A stretch of 64,000 bases of DNA, from IMG/VR virus record IMGVR_UViG_3300009688_000445. One strand, given 5' to 3'. A program made the translations under genes and the position numbers. Positions 1 to 9,663 of this stretch are shown here, one piece after another (within the stretch, counting starts at the first letter, position 1; each line of letters begins with the position of its first letter). The stretch comes from an uncultured virus (IMG/VR IMGVR_UViG_3300009688_000445). Its lineage: Duplodnaviria > Heunggongvirae > Uroviricota > Caudoviricetes. The notes beneath the pieces are model-generated. The model was not told the DNA's origin. It worked only from the letters and a program-made list of their open reading frames with translations, and did not search any database.

Positions 1-210
1 ACAAAAGCAACATCTGTTCCATTCAAAGAACAAAGAGCTGGTGCACCTATTGTACCAGAAATAGCTAATTCGTTACCAACTGTTGTCCATGTGGTTCCGT
101 TAAATCTATATGTTCTTAATTTATCATTTTGACCATCAACAAAAGCAACATCTGTTCCATTCAAAGAACAAAGAGCTGGTGCAACTACAATACCAGAAAT
201 AGCTAATTCA
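1..210. repeat. 138-bp-period intragenic tandem repeat (46 aa)
   Basis: Positions 1-45 (acaaaagcaacatctgttccattcaaagaacaaagagctggtgca) recur exactly at 139-183, followed in both copies by taccagaaatagctaattc. Confidence 0.9.
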
Positions 211-3020
211 TTACCTACTAACTCCCAAAATGTCCAATTAACCTTACCTACTTCCAAACCACCTGCAATAGAAACATTATGGCCTACTTTTAAATCTCCA
301 TTAATAGTAACATTTTGATTTGCAGAAACACTATTAAAGGTACCTACTATAAGAGACCTGGAAAGATCACCTGCCTCTGAACCTGTATTTTGGTTGTGAA
401 TAAATAACATCTCAGATGCTGTATTATAATATCCTGCATAATATCCCAGAGCTACGTTTCTTTGCGCACTCTGACTACTATAAAGAGAATAAGATCCTAT
501 CGCAGTATTATAATTACCAGTTGTGTGTGAATATAGAGATACATACCCTACAGCAGTATTTAAATCACCCTCATTATGCAATCCTAGTGCACTAGATCCT
601 ATTGCTACATTATATCTATCTGTACTACCATTATATGCTAAGCGTTCTAGGGCATTAGATCCTATTGCTACATTATGCGAACCATATGTGTTGTAATGCA
701 ATGCAGAATTCCCAATTGCAACATTAAATCTGCCTGAATAATTACTACGCATTGCTCGATAACCCAAAGCAATGTTTTGGGTGGCATCACCACCGCAGTT
801 TCTTAAGGCTTCGTCACCCATAGCAATATTATAAGATGCATTCTCACCTAGAGATATTGTAGAAGGACCAATAGCTATATTAGAATCCCCTGAAATGTTT
901 GCACCCAAAGCTTGAAATCCCATTGCAATATTATTGCTTCCAAAGGTGTTTGCCATTAAAGTACCGGCACCTAGACCTATATTTTTGTTACCAAAGGTAT
1001 TAGCCGTTAGAGACGCAGGTCCTATTGCAATATTATGAATGCTAGATATATTAGAAATAAAAGACATTGGCCCAATAAAAATATTACTAAATATACTTGT
1101 GGAAATATCTCCACGGTTTACGTATGCCTCTAAGTTACTTAATAATCCTTCTATTAAAGAAGATTGATAGAATAAATCGCTATTTCCTATAAGAATACAA
1201 GAAAAATCGAATTGAGACCCCCTCGAAATAGAAATTTTAAATCTTGTAATACCGTCTGCTATTTCAGTATCTTTAAAAAGTAATGGTATAAAGATATTGC
1301 TAGCAAAAGTAGTTGTCGGTAGTTTAATAGTAGAACTACCATCTAATGTTCCACTACCTGGTGAAGTTTCATAATGTAACGTTAAATATACTGTATCATC
1401 TACTGCAGGATACATTGTAGTAACTACTGGCCTACAAAGTATCCACACAAAATCATTCTCTTTAGTAAACATATATGCAGTTAAATCTACACTATTTGTA
1501 ACTGTTACATAAGAATATATACCACTACTTGTAATACCTGTACTAGTTATAGTATAACCTGTACTGGATATTGCTCCTGTGGTCGAATCTGTAAAGGATA
1601 TTTTACCATCTGTAGGATATAGAGAAATAGTTGAATAATCTAACTGACGAGTTTCTTTTACTGGTTGTAAATATGTTCTGGCATCAATAACCCTAGCATC
1701 TACTAAGCTGGTTTCTCCTGATTGTAGGTAAAGGATCCATAAAGGAAGAATACCTGTACTTGTTACTCTTAGAACACTAGAAGTTTCTGCAGGATCTCCT
1801 GTTCCTATTTCATATACTAATTCAGAATTATTTACTCCTATTAAATCACATCTATTTCCAGGATAGCTATAATAACAATCTACCGTTTCGTTCATTATAT
1901 TTCCGCCAACGATAGTTGTAACTTCGCCTGTGCTGGTATTTATAGTATAGTCTACACCCTCAATAAAAGCGTTACCGCTTGATTGTTCTATTAAGTGTAC
2001 ATTACTTACAGGTGAATAAGCTAGAGCAAATGTTACTGGTTGTGTATTTCCTACTATGTGTGTTTCTGGATTAGTTCTAGCTGTATAATTACCAATATAA
2101 ACTTGACCTTGTTCAACAATATTAAAATCTGTATTAGAATAGGTTATAACAGTAGCACCATTTACAATTGCTTTTCCCGTCTTAATTCTAATAGCTGTTC
2201 CGCTACTTGTTAATTCATAATCAAATTGTTCATAAACATTAGGTGCTACACCGGATAAATGCAGTTTATTCATATCTGGGTCTGATGCAGATATACCTAT
2301 CTGATAAGTATCCCAATCAGGTGATTGTTTAATATTTCTAATTTCTGTTCTTATTCTATTAAGTTCTTCTTCTAGGTTATCCGCTGTTCCATAAAATTCG
2401 TCGTCTTCTGCCCCTGCAGGTATTTCTGATTCTACTACATCTATAGCAAAATACGTTACAGAACTCAAATCAACAGATAATAATGGATTACCAGATCCTT
2501 GTGCAATAGTAGAACCTAAAAATACTAACTCTGCTTTTTGTGCGGCAGTCAAAGCATTATATTCTGCAACAGTATATACTACAATTTCTAAATCTTCTAT
2601 CTTTCTGTTATAAATAAGTGTTCCGTCATATAAATCTACTGCTTTTTTCTCTCCTTCCACAATAGTTTCTGTTCTTCTATTATATGATCCATATACATAA
2701 GAACACTTAGCATATACATTATTAACAGTTCCATAAGTAGTGTCTGATAATGCAATACTAGAAATATCAGAATTATATTCTATTAAAAGACCACTATTTG
2801 TAATTACTAACCCAGTACCACTATTTTGCGTTACTTCTAAATATAGATTATTGGAAGGATCTACACGTAAAACAAAGTTTTTAATAATAGAAGAAGAAAG
2901 TTCACCAGATACTATACTTTTTAGTATTTTTAATACCTCTGTAGAAACATTATCTTGAAGATACTGGTAATCTTCACTATATAAATCTACTACTCTTCCT
3001 GGGAAGTATAATTGGTTCAT
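1..3020 (-). CDS. Tail fibre / receptor-binding protein (partial, runs off window start); YadA-head-like NIAIG repeats and C-terminal 46-aa propeller-like repeats
   Basis: Not in the ORF track. Manual translation from ATG at 3020 (GGAG 10 nt upstream) is open for 1006 codons: MNQLYFPGRVVDLYSEDYQYLQ..., then ~14-aa repeats (NIAIG/NVAIG/NTAVG), then GNELAISG..APALCSLNGTDVAFV twice. Confidence 0.8.
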   Translation of the reverse strand, partial: MNQLYFPGRVVDLYSEDYQYLQDNVSTEVLKILKSIVSGELSSSIIKNFVLRVDPSNNLYLEVTQNSGTGLVITNSGLLIEYNSDISSIALSDTTYGTVNNVYAKCSYVYGSYNRRTETIVEGEKKAVDLYDGTLIYNRKIEDLEIVVYTVAEYNALTAAQKAELVFLGSTIAQGSGNPLLSVDLSSVTYFAIDVVESEIPAGAEDDEFYGTADNLEEELNRIRTEIRNIKQSPDWDTYQIGISASDPDMNKLHLSGVAPNVYEQFDYELTSSGTAIRIKTGKAIVNGATVITYSNTDFNIVEQGQVYIGNYTARTNPETHIVGNTQPVTFALAYSPVSNVHLIEQSSGNAFIEGVDYTINTSTGEVTTIVGGNIMNETVDCYYSYPGNRCDLIGVNNSELVYEIGTGDPAETSSVLRVTSTGILPLWILYLQSGETSLVDARVIDARTYLQPVKETRQLDYSTISLYPTDGKISFTDSTTGAISSTGYTITSTGITSSGIYSYVTVTNSVDLTAYMFTKENDFVWILCRPVVTTMYPAVDDTVYLTLHYETSPGSGTLDGSSTIKLPTTTFASNIFIPLLFKDTEIADGITRFKISISRGSQFDFSCILIGNSDLFYQSSLIEGLLSNLEAYVNRGDISTSIFSNIFIGPMSFISNISSIHNIAIGPASLTANTFGNKNIGLGAGTLMANTFGSNNIAMGFQALGANISGDSNIAIGPSTISLGENASYNIAMGDEALRNCGGDATQNIALGYRAMRSNYSGRFNVAIGNSALHYNTYGSHNVAIGSNALERLAYNGSTDRYNVAIGSSALGLHNEGDLNTAVGYVSLYSHTTGNYNTAIGSYSLYSSQSAQRNVALGYYAGYYNTASEMLFIHNQNTGSEAGDLSRSLIVGTFNSVSANQNVTINGDLKVGHNVSIAGGLEVGKVNWTFWELVGNELAISGIVVAPALCSLNGTDVAFVDGQNDKLRTYRFNGTTWTTVGNELAISGTIGAPALCSLNGTDVAF

Positions 3021-3052
3021 TAGACAAAATCTCCATATATTCGTATTTTGTT

Positions 3053-3083
3053 AAAATAATAAGAAACAAATAGAGATTTTAAG
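3053..3083 (-). promoter_or_regulatory. Putative late promoter (CTTAAA-N16-TATTAT, or N19-TATTTT)
   Basis: Matches a motif recurring in several intergenic gaps; upstream of the tail fibre gene. Confidence 0.4.
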
Positions 3084-3089
3084 TAATTA

Positions 3090-4016
3090 TTATCTGCGAT
3101 TTCTTTTTGGTATTTCATTAACTGGAACTTTTTTAATGGGTTTAACACAAAATTCTTTAACTGAATCTTCTAACGGCATTCTTAGAATTTCAGTTAAAAT
3201 ACCACCTTCTGTAGAATTTATACATTTTATCTTGTTTTGAAAGATAAGATCTAATAAAGTATTTCTATAAAGAAGTAATAATTTAGTTGTTTTTATATAA
3301 TATGTATCAATATCTATAATTGTATCGTGATTGAGTTCTCTTTTAATAAGAACATCCATTCCAACACCCGTAGTATCATAAAGTTTTCTTTCTAGAAATC
3401 CATTACAATACGGTTTATTATCTGTAAATCCAAAATCATATCCAACAAAAATAACAGAACTAGGATTAAATATTTTAGAAAATAAAAACATTGTAGCACC
3501 TACAAAGTAATTATTTTCTAAATCACCAGCACCGCTCGTATATGTGGTTATTTCAGATAGAACTTTTTGTTTTTCAGATCCAGGTTTATCTGTTTGGTTA
3601 AAAAAGAATACATTACCTTTCCATTCATTTAATGCAATAGAACTTACAGTAGTTGGGCAAATAAAATTACAATTAGAGGTATCCACCCCCTTCCAAAATC
3701 TAGAGAAAGAATCACTAGGATCTATTGTGCAAACAAAATCTGGATGAATTCCTTCTTCCATTAATCTGTATAAAACTACATCTGCACATATAATTAAATA
3801 ATTTTCAGAATACTGTTTTAGTATATGTATATTTTTTTCTAGAGATGGTCCTGCTGCTACTAAAACGCAAGGTATCTTATTATAAAAGGTATTATTAATC
3901 AAAAACTTAAGATATCTAGAATTTGGTCTAGTGAAGACACCTTCTTCTAGATTTCTTTTATAGTTTTCTTTCCACTTTTCAACGATAGGATCAATTATTT
4001 TGGTTTGTTCATTCAT
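3090..4016 (-). CDS. Maf / DUF115 (MAF_flag10, MptE-like) family protein, putative protein glycosyltransferase
   Basis: Motifs CVLVAAGPSLEKNI, IICAD, GIHPDFVCTID, VIFVGYDFGF and CINSTEGG are typical of the DUF115/Maf core. Confidence 0.8.
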   Translation of the reverse strand: MNEQTKIIDPIVEKWKENYKRNLEEGVFTRPNSRYLKFLINNTFYNKIPCVLVAAGPSLEKNIHILKQYSENYLIICADVVLYRLMEEGIHPDFVCTIDPSDSFSRFWKGVDTSNCNFICPTTVSSIALNEWKGNVFFFNQTDKPGSEKQKVLSEITTYTSGAGDLENNYFVGATMFLFSKIFNPSSVIFVGYDFGFTDNKPYCNGFLERKLYDTTGVGMDVLIKRELNHDTIIDIDTYYIKTTKLLLLYRNTLLDLIFQNKIKCINSTEGGILTEILRMPLEDSVKEFCVKPIKKVPVNEIPKRNRR

Positions 4017-4020
4017 GTTT

Positions 4021-4899
4021 TCACTTCTTTAAGGTTGATATAAAATCTTCTAATGCTATTTTCCAAGGACGTATCTGAAAACCAAAGGTATTCTCAAAAT
4101 TTCTACTATTTAGATAAGAATTTACTAATCTTTTTGCAGATGTTTTATATTCACTACTAGTAATAGGTTCAATGGTCACAAATCTTTGTAGGGTTCTAGG
4201 TAAAACTTCATAAATCATTATTAATCTATAAACTTCTTTAGCAAATTCAAACCAATCTGTCTTGTTTTTATTACTAAAGTTATACACACCATATCTGGTA
4301 GAATTGGATTCTATAATTTTAAAAATACCTTCTACTAAATCTTTTGTATATGTAGGACTTCCTGTTTCGTCATCAACGATTTGAATTTTTGGTGTTTGTT
4401 TACCTATAAGTTTAAATAGAGTAGATACAAAGGTAATACCATATTTTCCATATAACCAAGAGGATCTTATAATAAAGTACTTTTCTAAAGATTTTTTTAT
4501 AATGTTTTCACCTTCCAGTTTAGATTTTCCATAAATATTAATAGGATCTGGTATATCAAATTCAGAATATTCCGTATCTTTTTTACCATTAAATATTTGA
4601 ACATCTGAAATATGAATAAGTTTGCTATTATACTGTTTCGCTATTTCACATATATTTTTTATCCCTTCTACATTTACTTTGTAAGCTAAAGAAGGATTAT
4701 TCTCTGCTAAATCTGCATTAGAGATACCAGAACAATTAATAATCCAATCTATTTCTTTATTTCTACAAATATTATGTAAATTGTCTAGTATACCTATATC
4801 GCTTTCCTTATCATATGGAACATACGCAATAGAATGTGATCTAAGATACAATTCTAGTTCTGTTCCTAGTAATCCTTTATTTCCTATAAGTAAAATCAT
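4021..4899 (-). CDS. rmlD: dTDP-4-dehydrorhamnose reductase
   Basis: GNKGLLG Rossmann motif, AYKVN, PINIYGKSKLEGE (YxxxK), RSSWLYG, GSPTY. Confidence 0.9.
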   Translation of the reverse strand: MILLIGNKGLLGTELELYLRSHSIAYVPYDKESDIGILDNLHNICRNKEIDWIINCSGISNADLAENNPSLAYKVNVEGIKNICEIAKQYNSKLIHISDVQIFNGKKDTEYSEFDIPDPINIYGKSKLEGENIIKKSLEKYFIIRSSWLYGKYGITFVSTLFKLIGKQTPKIQIVDDETGSPTYTKDLVEGIFKIIESNSTRYGVYNFSNKNKTDWFEFAKEVYRLIMIYEVLPRTLQRFVTIEPITSSEYKTSAKRLVNSYLNSRNFENTFGFQIRPWKIALEDFISTLKK

Positions 4900-5613
4900 T
4901 TATTCACCAGTAATATTAAATTGTTTATTAGAATGTTGCCTATAAAATAAAAGACAAGTATTACATTTTTTTGCATTCCATCCAAAGTTTACTATTCTTT
5001 TATACAAACTATAATCTTCCGGTATATCAGATTTTATATATCCAGAAATATCTTCGAAGCATTTTCTTCTAAAAAGAGAACCTCCATGAATAAAATTTCT
5101 ATTTTGTAGTAATTTTTTAGATTCTTCATTAAATTCAGGAAACATTCTTTTAAAGTATCCTTTTTGTATTTCTCCACCTTTTTCTTCCTGTGGTACATCA
5201 TAGTATCTTGGTGGAGCAAATTGATCGAATAGTATAAAATCTGTATAAACAATACCTATTTCTTGATTATTATCTAATATTCTAGATGTATCTTCTAGAT
5301 AAGTAGTTGATATGTAATCGTCTGCGTCTAAAAAACATAGATAATCGCAAGAAGAATGATTAACAGCAATATTTCTACAGACAATTACACCCTTTCTACT
5401 TGAGTTGTAAGTAACAATAAGATCTATATTAAGATTGTTACCGTAAATATAGTTTTGCAATTCTATATATTTAGAAAAAGAAGAATCGGTGGAATAATCA
5501 TCTATAATAACTATTTCTTTTGGTAATTTACTTTGATTAAGTATAGAATCTAACGCTTCTTTTATATAATTACTATAATTTCTGTTTATTATTAATAAGC
5601 TAATATTACTCAT
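4900..5613 (-). CDS. Glycosyltransferase family 2
   Basis: IVIIDDYSTD, CRNIAV, FLDADD, ED motif. Start moved to the ATG (MSNISLL) overlapping the upstream gene end. Confidence 0.85.
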   Translation of the reverse strand: MSNISLLIINRNYSNYIKEALDSILNQSKLPKEIVIIDDYSTDSSFSKYIELQNYIYGNNLNIDLIVTYNSSRKGVIVCRNIAVNHSSCDYLCFLDADDYISTTYLEDTSRILDNNQEIGIVYTDFILFDQFAPPRYYDVPQEEKGGEIQKGYFKRMFPEFNEESKKLLQNRNFIHGGSLFRRKCFEDISGYIKSDIPEDYSLYKRIVNFGWNAKKCNTCLLFYRQHSNKQFNITGE

Positions 5614-6046
5614 ATCTGAATTCTTTAATATAATCACTACATATTCCTGCACAAGAATATGAATTAATATTAATATCTTTTGGATATCCCTGTATAACTA
5701 TAATTGAATTAGGTGTTAGCTCTTTATTTGGAAATGTCCAAATGTATTTGTTCGAAGTTAATGTACAAGCATCTGTATTATGAAAAAAACAGGTGGTTCT
5801 CAGTACAAGAAGCATATCTAGAGTTTTAGGTGTTTTTGCATGACACCATAAGCCTTTGGTTAATAAAAACTTTTCGTCAATAGTCAGCCAAGGTCCATCG
5901 TGGCCCAGATAAAACTTACCATTTTCATACCATACGTCTATTTCTACAGTATATCCAGAATCTAGTGCTTTCAAAATATAATCTGGGTGATTTTCTTTAT
6001 ACTTATCTGGACCTGTAAGATTACCTCTATGAGCAATAAGTATCAT
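5606..6046 (-). CDS. PLC/glycerophosphodiester phosphodiesterase-like small protein
   Basis: IAHRGN, EN, VEIDVW, LGHD, WCHAK, GICSDY. Confidence 0.7.
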   Translation of the reverse strand: MILIAHRGNLTGPDKYKENHPDYILKALDSGYTVEIDVWYENGKFYLGHDGPWLTIDEKFLLTKGLWCHAKTPKTLDMLLVLRTTCFFHNTDACTLTSNKYIWTFPNKELTPNSIIVIQGYPKDININSYSCAGICSDYIKEFRYE

Positions 6047-6618
6047 TCTTTTGGCCTCAAAATTAAAAATCCTTGATGTCTATAATCTTTAGTTATATTA
6101 TGAGTAGTTTGAAATAAATCATATATAAATTTATTACTTTTTCTATACTTACTTGTAAGGTTATCTGGCATTTTCAATTCGTATAATCCTTCTTCAAACA
6201 ACTGAAGATCATCTATAATAAAAGTATCTTTACAATCTTTTCTATATTTATAAATTAATTCAATTTCTGTTTGTAAGGGTAGCTTAATAGTTTCTTCTAT
6301 TTCGTCATCGTACGATCCTAGTTGAAAATCAGCCCCAGGAAAGTGCGCATCTAACCAAAACAATATCTTATCTTCTTTAGATATAGTAGGCAATATTTTT
6401 TGTAGTCCTTCTAAAGAAGTCATATTTAATAAAGTTAATTTAGTTGAAATATACCTAGTTTTACAATACTCATATAATTCTTTATTAATTTCTATTGAAT
6501 AAAAACTTTTAAAAGGAAACTGTAAAGCATGTTTTAATCCCGTACCTTTACCAGTTCCAGTTTCAATAAAAATATTGCATTTATATTTATCTAAATTATG
6601 AAGGTATAATTCTCCCAT
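6043..6618 (-). CDS. Putative class I SAM-dependent methyltransferase-like protein
   Basis: FIETGTGKG, SIE, FWLDAH, IIDDL. Confidence 0.65.
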   Translation of the reverse strand: MGELYLHNLDKYKCNIFIETGTGKGTGLKHALQFPFKSFYSIEINKELYEYCKTRYISTKLTLLNMTSLEGLQKILPTISKEDKILFWLDAHFPGADFQLGSYDDEIEETIKLPLQTEIELIYKYRKDCKDTFIIDDLQLFEEGLYELKMPDNLTSKYRKSNKFIYDLFQTTHNITKDYRHQGFLILRPKE

Positions 6619-6938
6619 TATTCTGTATACTTATCTCCTATTAAAGATGGAACCTTTACTACTACAACAGCGGCATCTGTAAGTGCTTTAAAATGTGCTT
6701 TTTCGCCCGGTTCTATGATTACAATATCGTCTACCATAAAAGCTTTTCCATTCATTTCTATAGCACCTTCTGTTACTACATTAATTTCAGTAGCTACTCG
6801 ATGAATATGTGGTGTTTCTGTATCACCAGCTTTATATCGTTGAATTGCTACTTCAAAATCTTCGGTTTTCCAAACAGTAGGAGAAAAGTTTCCAATAAAC
6901 CAACCTCGAATCATTTCTTGAATTTTACTAGTTTTCAT
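6618..6938 (-). CDS. Cupin-domain protein
   Basis: GWFIGNF, HxH (PHIH), E, G..IEPGE cupin pattern. Confidence 0.7.
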   Translation of the reverse strand: MKTSKIQEMIRGWFIGNFSPTVWKTEDFEVAIQRYKAGDTETPHIHRVATEINVVTEGAIEMNGKAFMVDDIVIIEPGEKAHFKALTDAAVVVVKVPSLIGDKYTE

Positions 6939-7713
6939 ACAATTTCTTAAACTCCTCTAAATCTTCTGGTGTACCTAATCCATGCATTGCACACGTAGGA
7001 ATAGGAAATGCAAGTATTTTTTGATTTTTTGGTACAATTAATTCATTATACACAGGACAAACATAAAATTCATTATTTACTCTTAAGTTTTTGTTAATCA
7101 TTTCGTCAGCTGCCCAAACAAAGTCTGATCCGTGTTTAAACCAATAAATACCTACAGTAGCATAAGTAGAAATAGGTTCTTTTTCTCTTACTCTAGTAAC
7201 GAATCCTTTATTATCTAATTCTGCATAAGACCATTTAGGATGTGTTCCATGAAAAACGGGGATACATCCATCTGCTTTTGTATCTGCTATTGCTTGCATA
7301 AATAAATATACAGTCCAATCTATAAATTGATCACTATTAGCAATCAGTAAGGATTCATTTGTATTAATAATATCCCTTGCTTTCAATACAGTACAAGCAG
7401 CACCTTCAGTAATATAATTTATTTGTATAATATTTGTTTTATCTGCTATATCTCTACCGCATACTGCTGTAATGGCTTCTTTAATTCTTAGATCAAACTG
7501 AAATTTCTTGCAATGATCTTCTTGAACTATAAAAGTAAAACTAGGCTGGTGAAAATCGTATCCTTTAGTAGTCCATATTGTGGTAAAATCCAAGTTTTTA
7601 ATAACCCATTCGATCATGGGTTTATTTTTAATAGGAATGAAGGGTTTTGGATCTTTATATCCTGCATCTATAAATCGTTGCCCACGTCCCGCCATAGGTA
7701 TAACTATATGCAT
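6928..7713 (-). CDS. Sugar-phosphate nucleotidyltransferase (NTP_transferase family)
   Basis: VIPMAGRGQRF, PKPFI, TEGAACTVL, NSDQ, EK, NNEFY, LGTPEDL. Start at ATG 7713 after a GGAGG RBS. Confidence 0.85.
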   Translation of the reverse strand: MHIVIPMAGRGQRFIDAGYKDPKPFIPIKNKPMIEWVIKNLDFTTIWTTKGYDFHQPSFTFIVQEDHCKKFQFDLRIKEAITAVCGRDIADKTNIIQINYITEGAACTVLKARDIINTNESLLIANSDQFIDWTVYLFMQAIADTKADGCIPVFHGTHPKWSYAELDNKGFVTRVREKEPISTYATVGIYWFKHGSDFVWAADEMINKNLRVNNEFYVCPVYNELIVPKNQKILAFPIPTCAMHGLGTPEDLEEFKKLYEN

Positions 7714-7714
7714 T

Positions 7715-8356
7715 CTACTCCTCCTTAGTACAAAACCATAATTTTCTCTGACCAGATTCCCAAGTACCTGTATTTCTAATAATCCAATCATATTTATGCG
7801 GGCCAGAGTTGCAAGAAGAATCTTCGAGTCTTTCAAATTTAAACTTATGTTCTATTAGAATAGCCTCTATCATACCGACAGAAATTCTACAACCTACGTC
7901 ATGCAGTGATTGATCATAATCTTCTTTTACATCCTTCCAGTATATGATTTTAGAAGGATCGTAACTATCCACTACTTCTGTTTCTAGAATCATATATTTA
8001 CAAAACTTACAAGAAGTGTGTAAAAGATAAATAGGATCTTTTAAATGGTATAACAACCCCATATTTATAATAATGTCTACTGGTTCTATTTCAAATTTTT
8101 CGATGTCTAAATCTTTTTGTAGTGCAGTAATATTTTGATAAGTAGATTGTATATACTCAAGATTATCTTTTCTACCTTCTATACATGTTACAGCTGAACC
8201 TAAGGTAGAAAAATGATATCCAATATCACCAAATCCTGCACCTAATTCTACTAATGTTTTACCTTGGAAAAATTCTTTAGTAAAATATTTCTCAATAGTA
8301 GCTATTCTTTTAGAACGCCATTCTGTATAATGGTCGTCAAATCTGTTTCTGTCCAT
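7715..8356 (-). CDS. Class I SAM-dependent methyltransferase
   Basis: LVELGAGFG, CIEGR, GLLYHL. Confidence 0.8.
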   Translation of the reverse strand: MDRNRFDDHYTEWRSKRIATIEKYFTKEFFQGKTLVELGAGFGDIGYHFSTLGSAVTCIEGRKDNLEYIQSTYQNITALQKDLDIEKFEIEPVDIIINMGLLYHLKDPIYLLHTSCKFCKYMILETEVVDSYDPSKIIYWKDVKEDYDQSLHDVGCRISVGMIEAILIEHKFKFERLEDSSCNSGPHKYDWIIRNTGTWESGQRKLWFCTKEE

Positions 8357-9050
8357 AAATCCATATCCAACAAGGATGATGATCATCTACTGTGTTACTT
8401 AATTCTGTAGTAACATCTTTAAAACCTATATCTAAAAAATCTAGAATAACTTCTTGTCTTGTATCCACTCTACAATCTAGTCTCCCATTAGTAGTAGTAG
8501 CTTCATAAAAATTTTCTGTATAACCAAAGGTAGGTGTTCCATTCATAGATGGGCCAAAAGCAAGTTGAATTGCTATTCTTCCACCAGGTTTTAAACTTTC
8601 TAGCATATTTTCTAGTATTTTTCTTCTAATAGAATAGCAAGGAATATGTTGTAAGCAAATGACAGAATAACAAAAATCATATTTATCTTCTAAAGGAACT
8701 TGTGTCCCATCTGTTACTTTTAAAATTCCATTATATGAAGATCCTATATATTGTTTTGCATTATCCAGATTCTTTTGTGAAATATCAACGCCATCTACCC
8801 GCTTAAATAAATTAAAAATTCTTCTAATCTGTCTTCCTGGTCCACATCCATATTCGTAGCAGATATGCTCTTTAGAAGGTATATAATATTTAAATAGCCA
8901 TTGTTCATATGGAAATTTTTCTTGATTTGGAAAATTTCCTACGATATGATCTTCTAAGCATTTTCCATCTGTATAATAACTTGCTCTAGCATTAGTTTCA
9001 TACCAGTTTTTTTGCATTTGTGTATACTTAAATTCTTCAGATGTTTGCAT
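8337..9050 (-). CDS. Class I SAM-dependent methyltransferase
   Basis: EYGCGPGR, GVDIS, YSVICLQHI, LKPGG. Confidence 0.85.
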   Translation of the reverse strand: MQTSEEFKYTQMQKNWYETNARASYYTDGKCLEDHIVGNFPNQEKFPYEQWLFKYYIPSKEHICYEYGCGPGRQIRRIFNLFKRVDGVDISQKNLDNAKQYIGSSYNGILKVTDGTQVPLEDKYDFCYSVICLQHIPCYSIRRKILENMLESLKPGGRIAIQLAFGPSMNGTPTFGYTENFYEATTTNGRLDCRVDTRQEVILDFLDIGFKDVTTELSNTVDDHHPCWIWIYGQKQI

Positions 9051-9663
9051 TCTTAACCTTCCGTTCAATGTTTTCTATTGTAACATACTTTGGATTCTTA
9101 ACTTCTAAAACATGCGCACCAGATTTAATAGCCGCAGTTATTCCTTTTTCAGAATCTTCTATTATCAAGCATTCTTGCGTATTTAATTTTATTTTTTCTA
9201 TAGCCAGACAATAACAATAAGGATCTGGTTTAGGTTTTATACCAAAATCTTCATTCCCCAGAAAAAACTCCATAAATTCCAACTGACCTGTTTGCCTTAA
9301 AGCTAATTCTATGGTGTTTCTAATAGAGTTAGAAACACAAATTAATTTATAGTTTTTACTTCTTAGATATGTATGTAATTCTATTTTTTGTGTATCTAAG
9401 GATAAACAAGATTTAATTGCATTTATGGTATTATCTTGTTTTAATTTCCATACTTTTTCCTTATCTTTTGGATCTAGAATTCCCCTATTAACAAGCATTT
9501 GTAGTTTAACATTTGAAGGAATACCATTATAATATCTCCAAAATTCATATTCCGAAATAGTATACCCACAAATTTCTAGTAATGCAGAATCCAATGCGTG
9601 TCTATGTACTTGTACTAGATCACATAAGACTCCATCTAAATCAAATATTATACATTTAATCAT
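9037..9663 (-). CDS. HAD-superfamily phosphatase
   Basis: FDLDGVL, SNS, KPDP, IIEDS..G. Confidence 0.85.
   Translation of the reverse strand: MIKCIIFDLDGVLCDLVQVHRHALDSALLEICGYTISEYEFWRYYNGIPSNVKLQMLVNRGILDPKDKEKVWKLKQDNTINAIKSCLSLDTQKIELHTYLRSKNYKLICVSNSIRNTIELALRQTGQLEFMEFFLGNEDFGIKPKPDPYCYCLAIEKIKLNTQECLIIEDSEKGITAAIKSGAHVLEVKNPKYVTIENIERKVKNANI

Noticed and set aside
1..210. Possible DGR template/variable repeat pair
   Set aside because: Both copies are in-frame within one gene, differences are not adenine-specific, and no reverse transcriptase is in the window.
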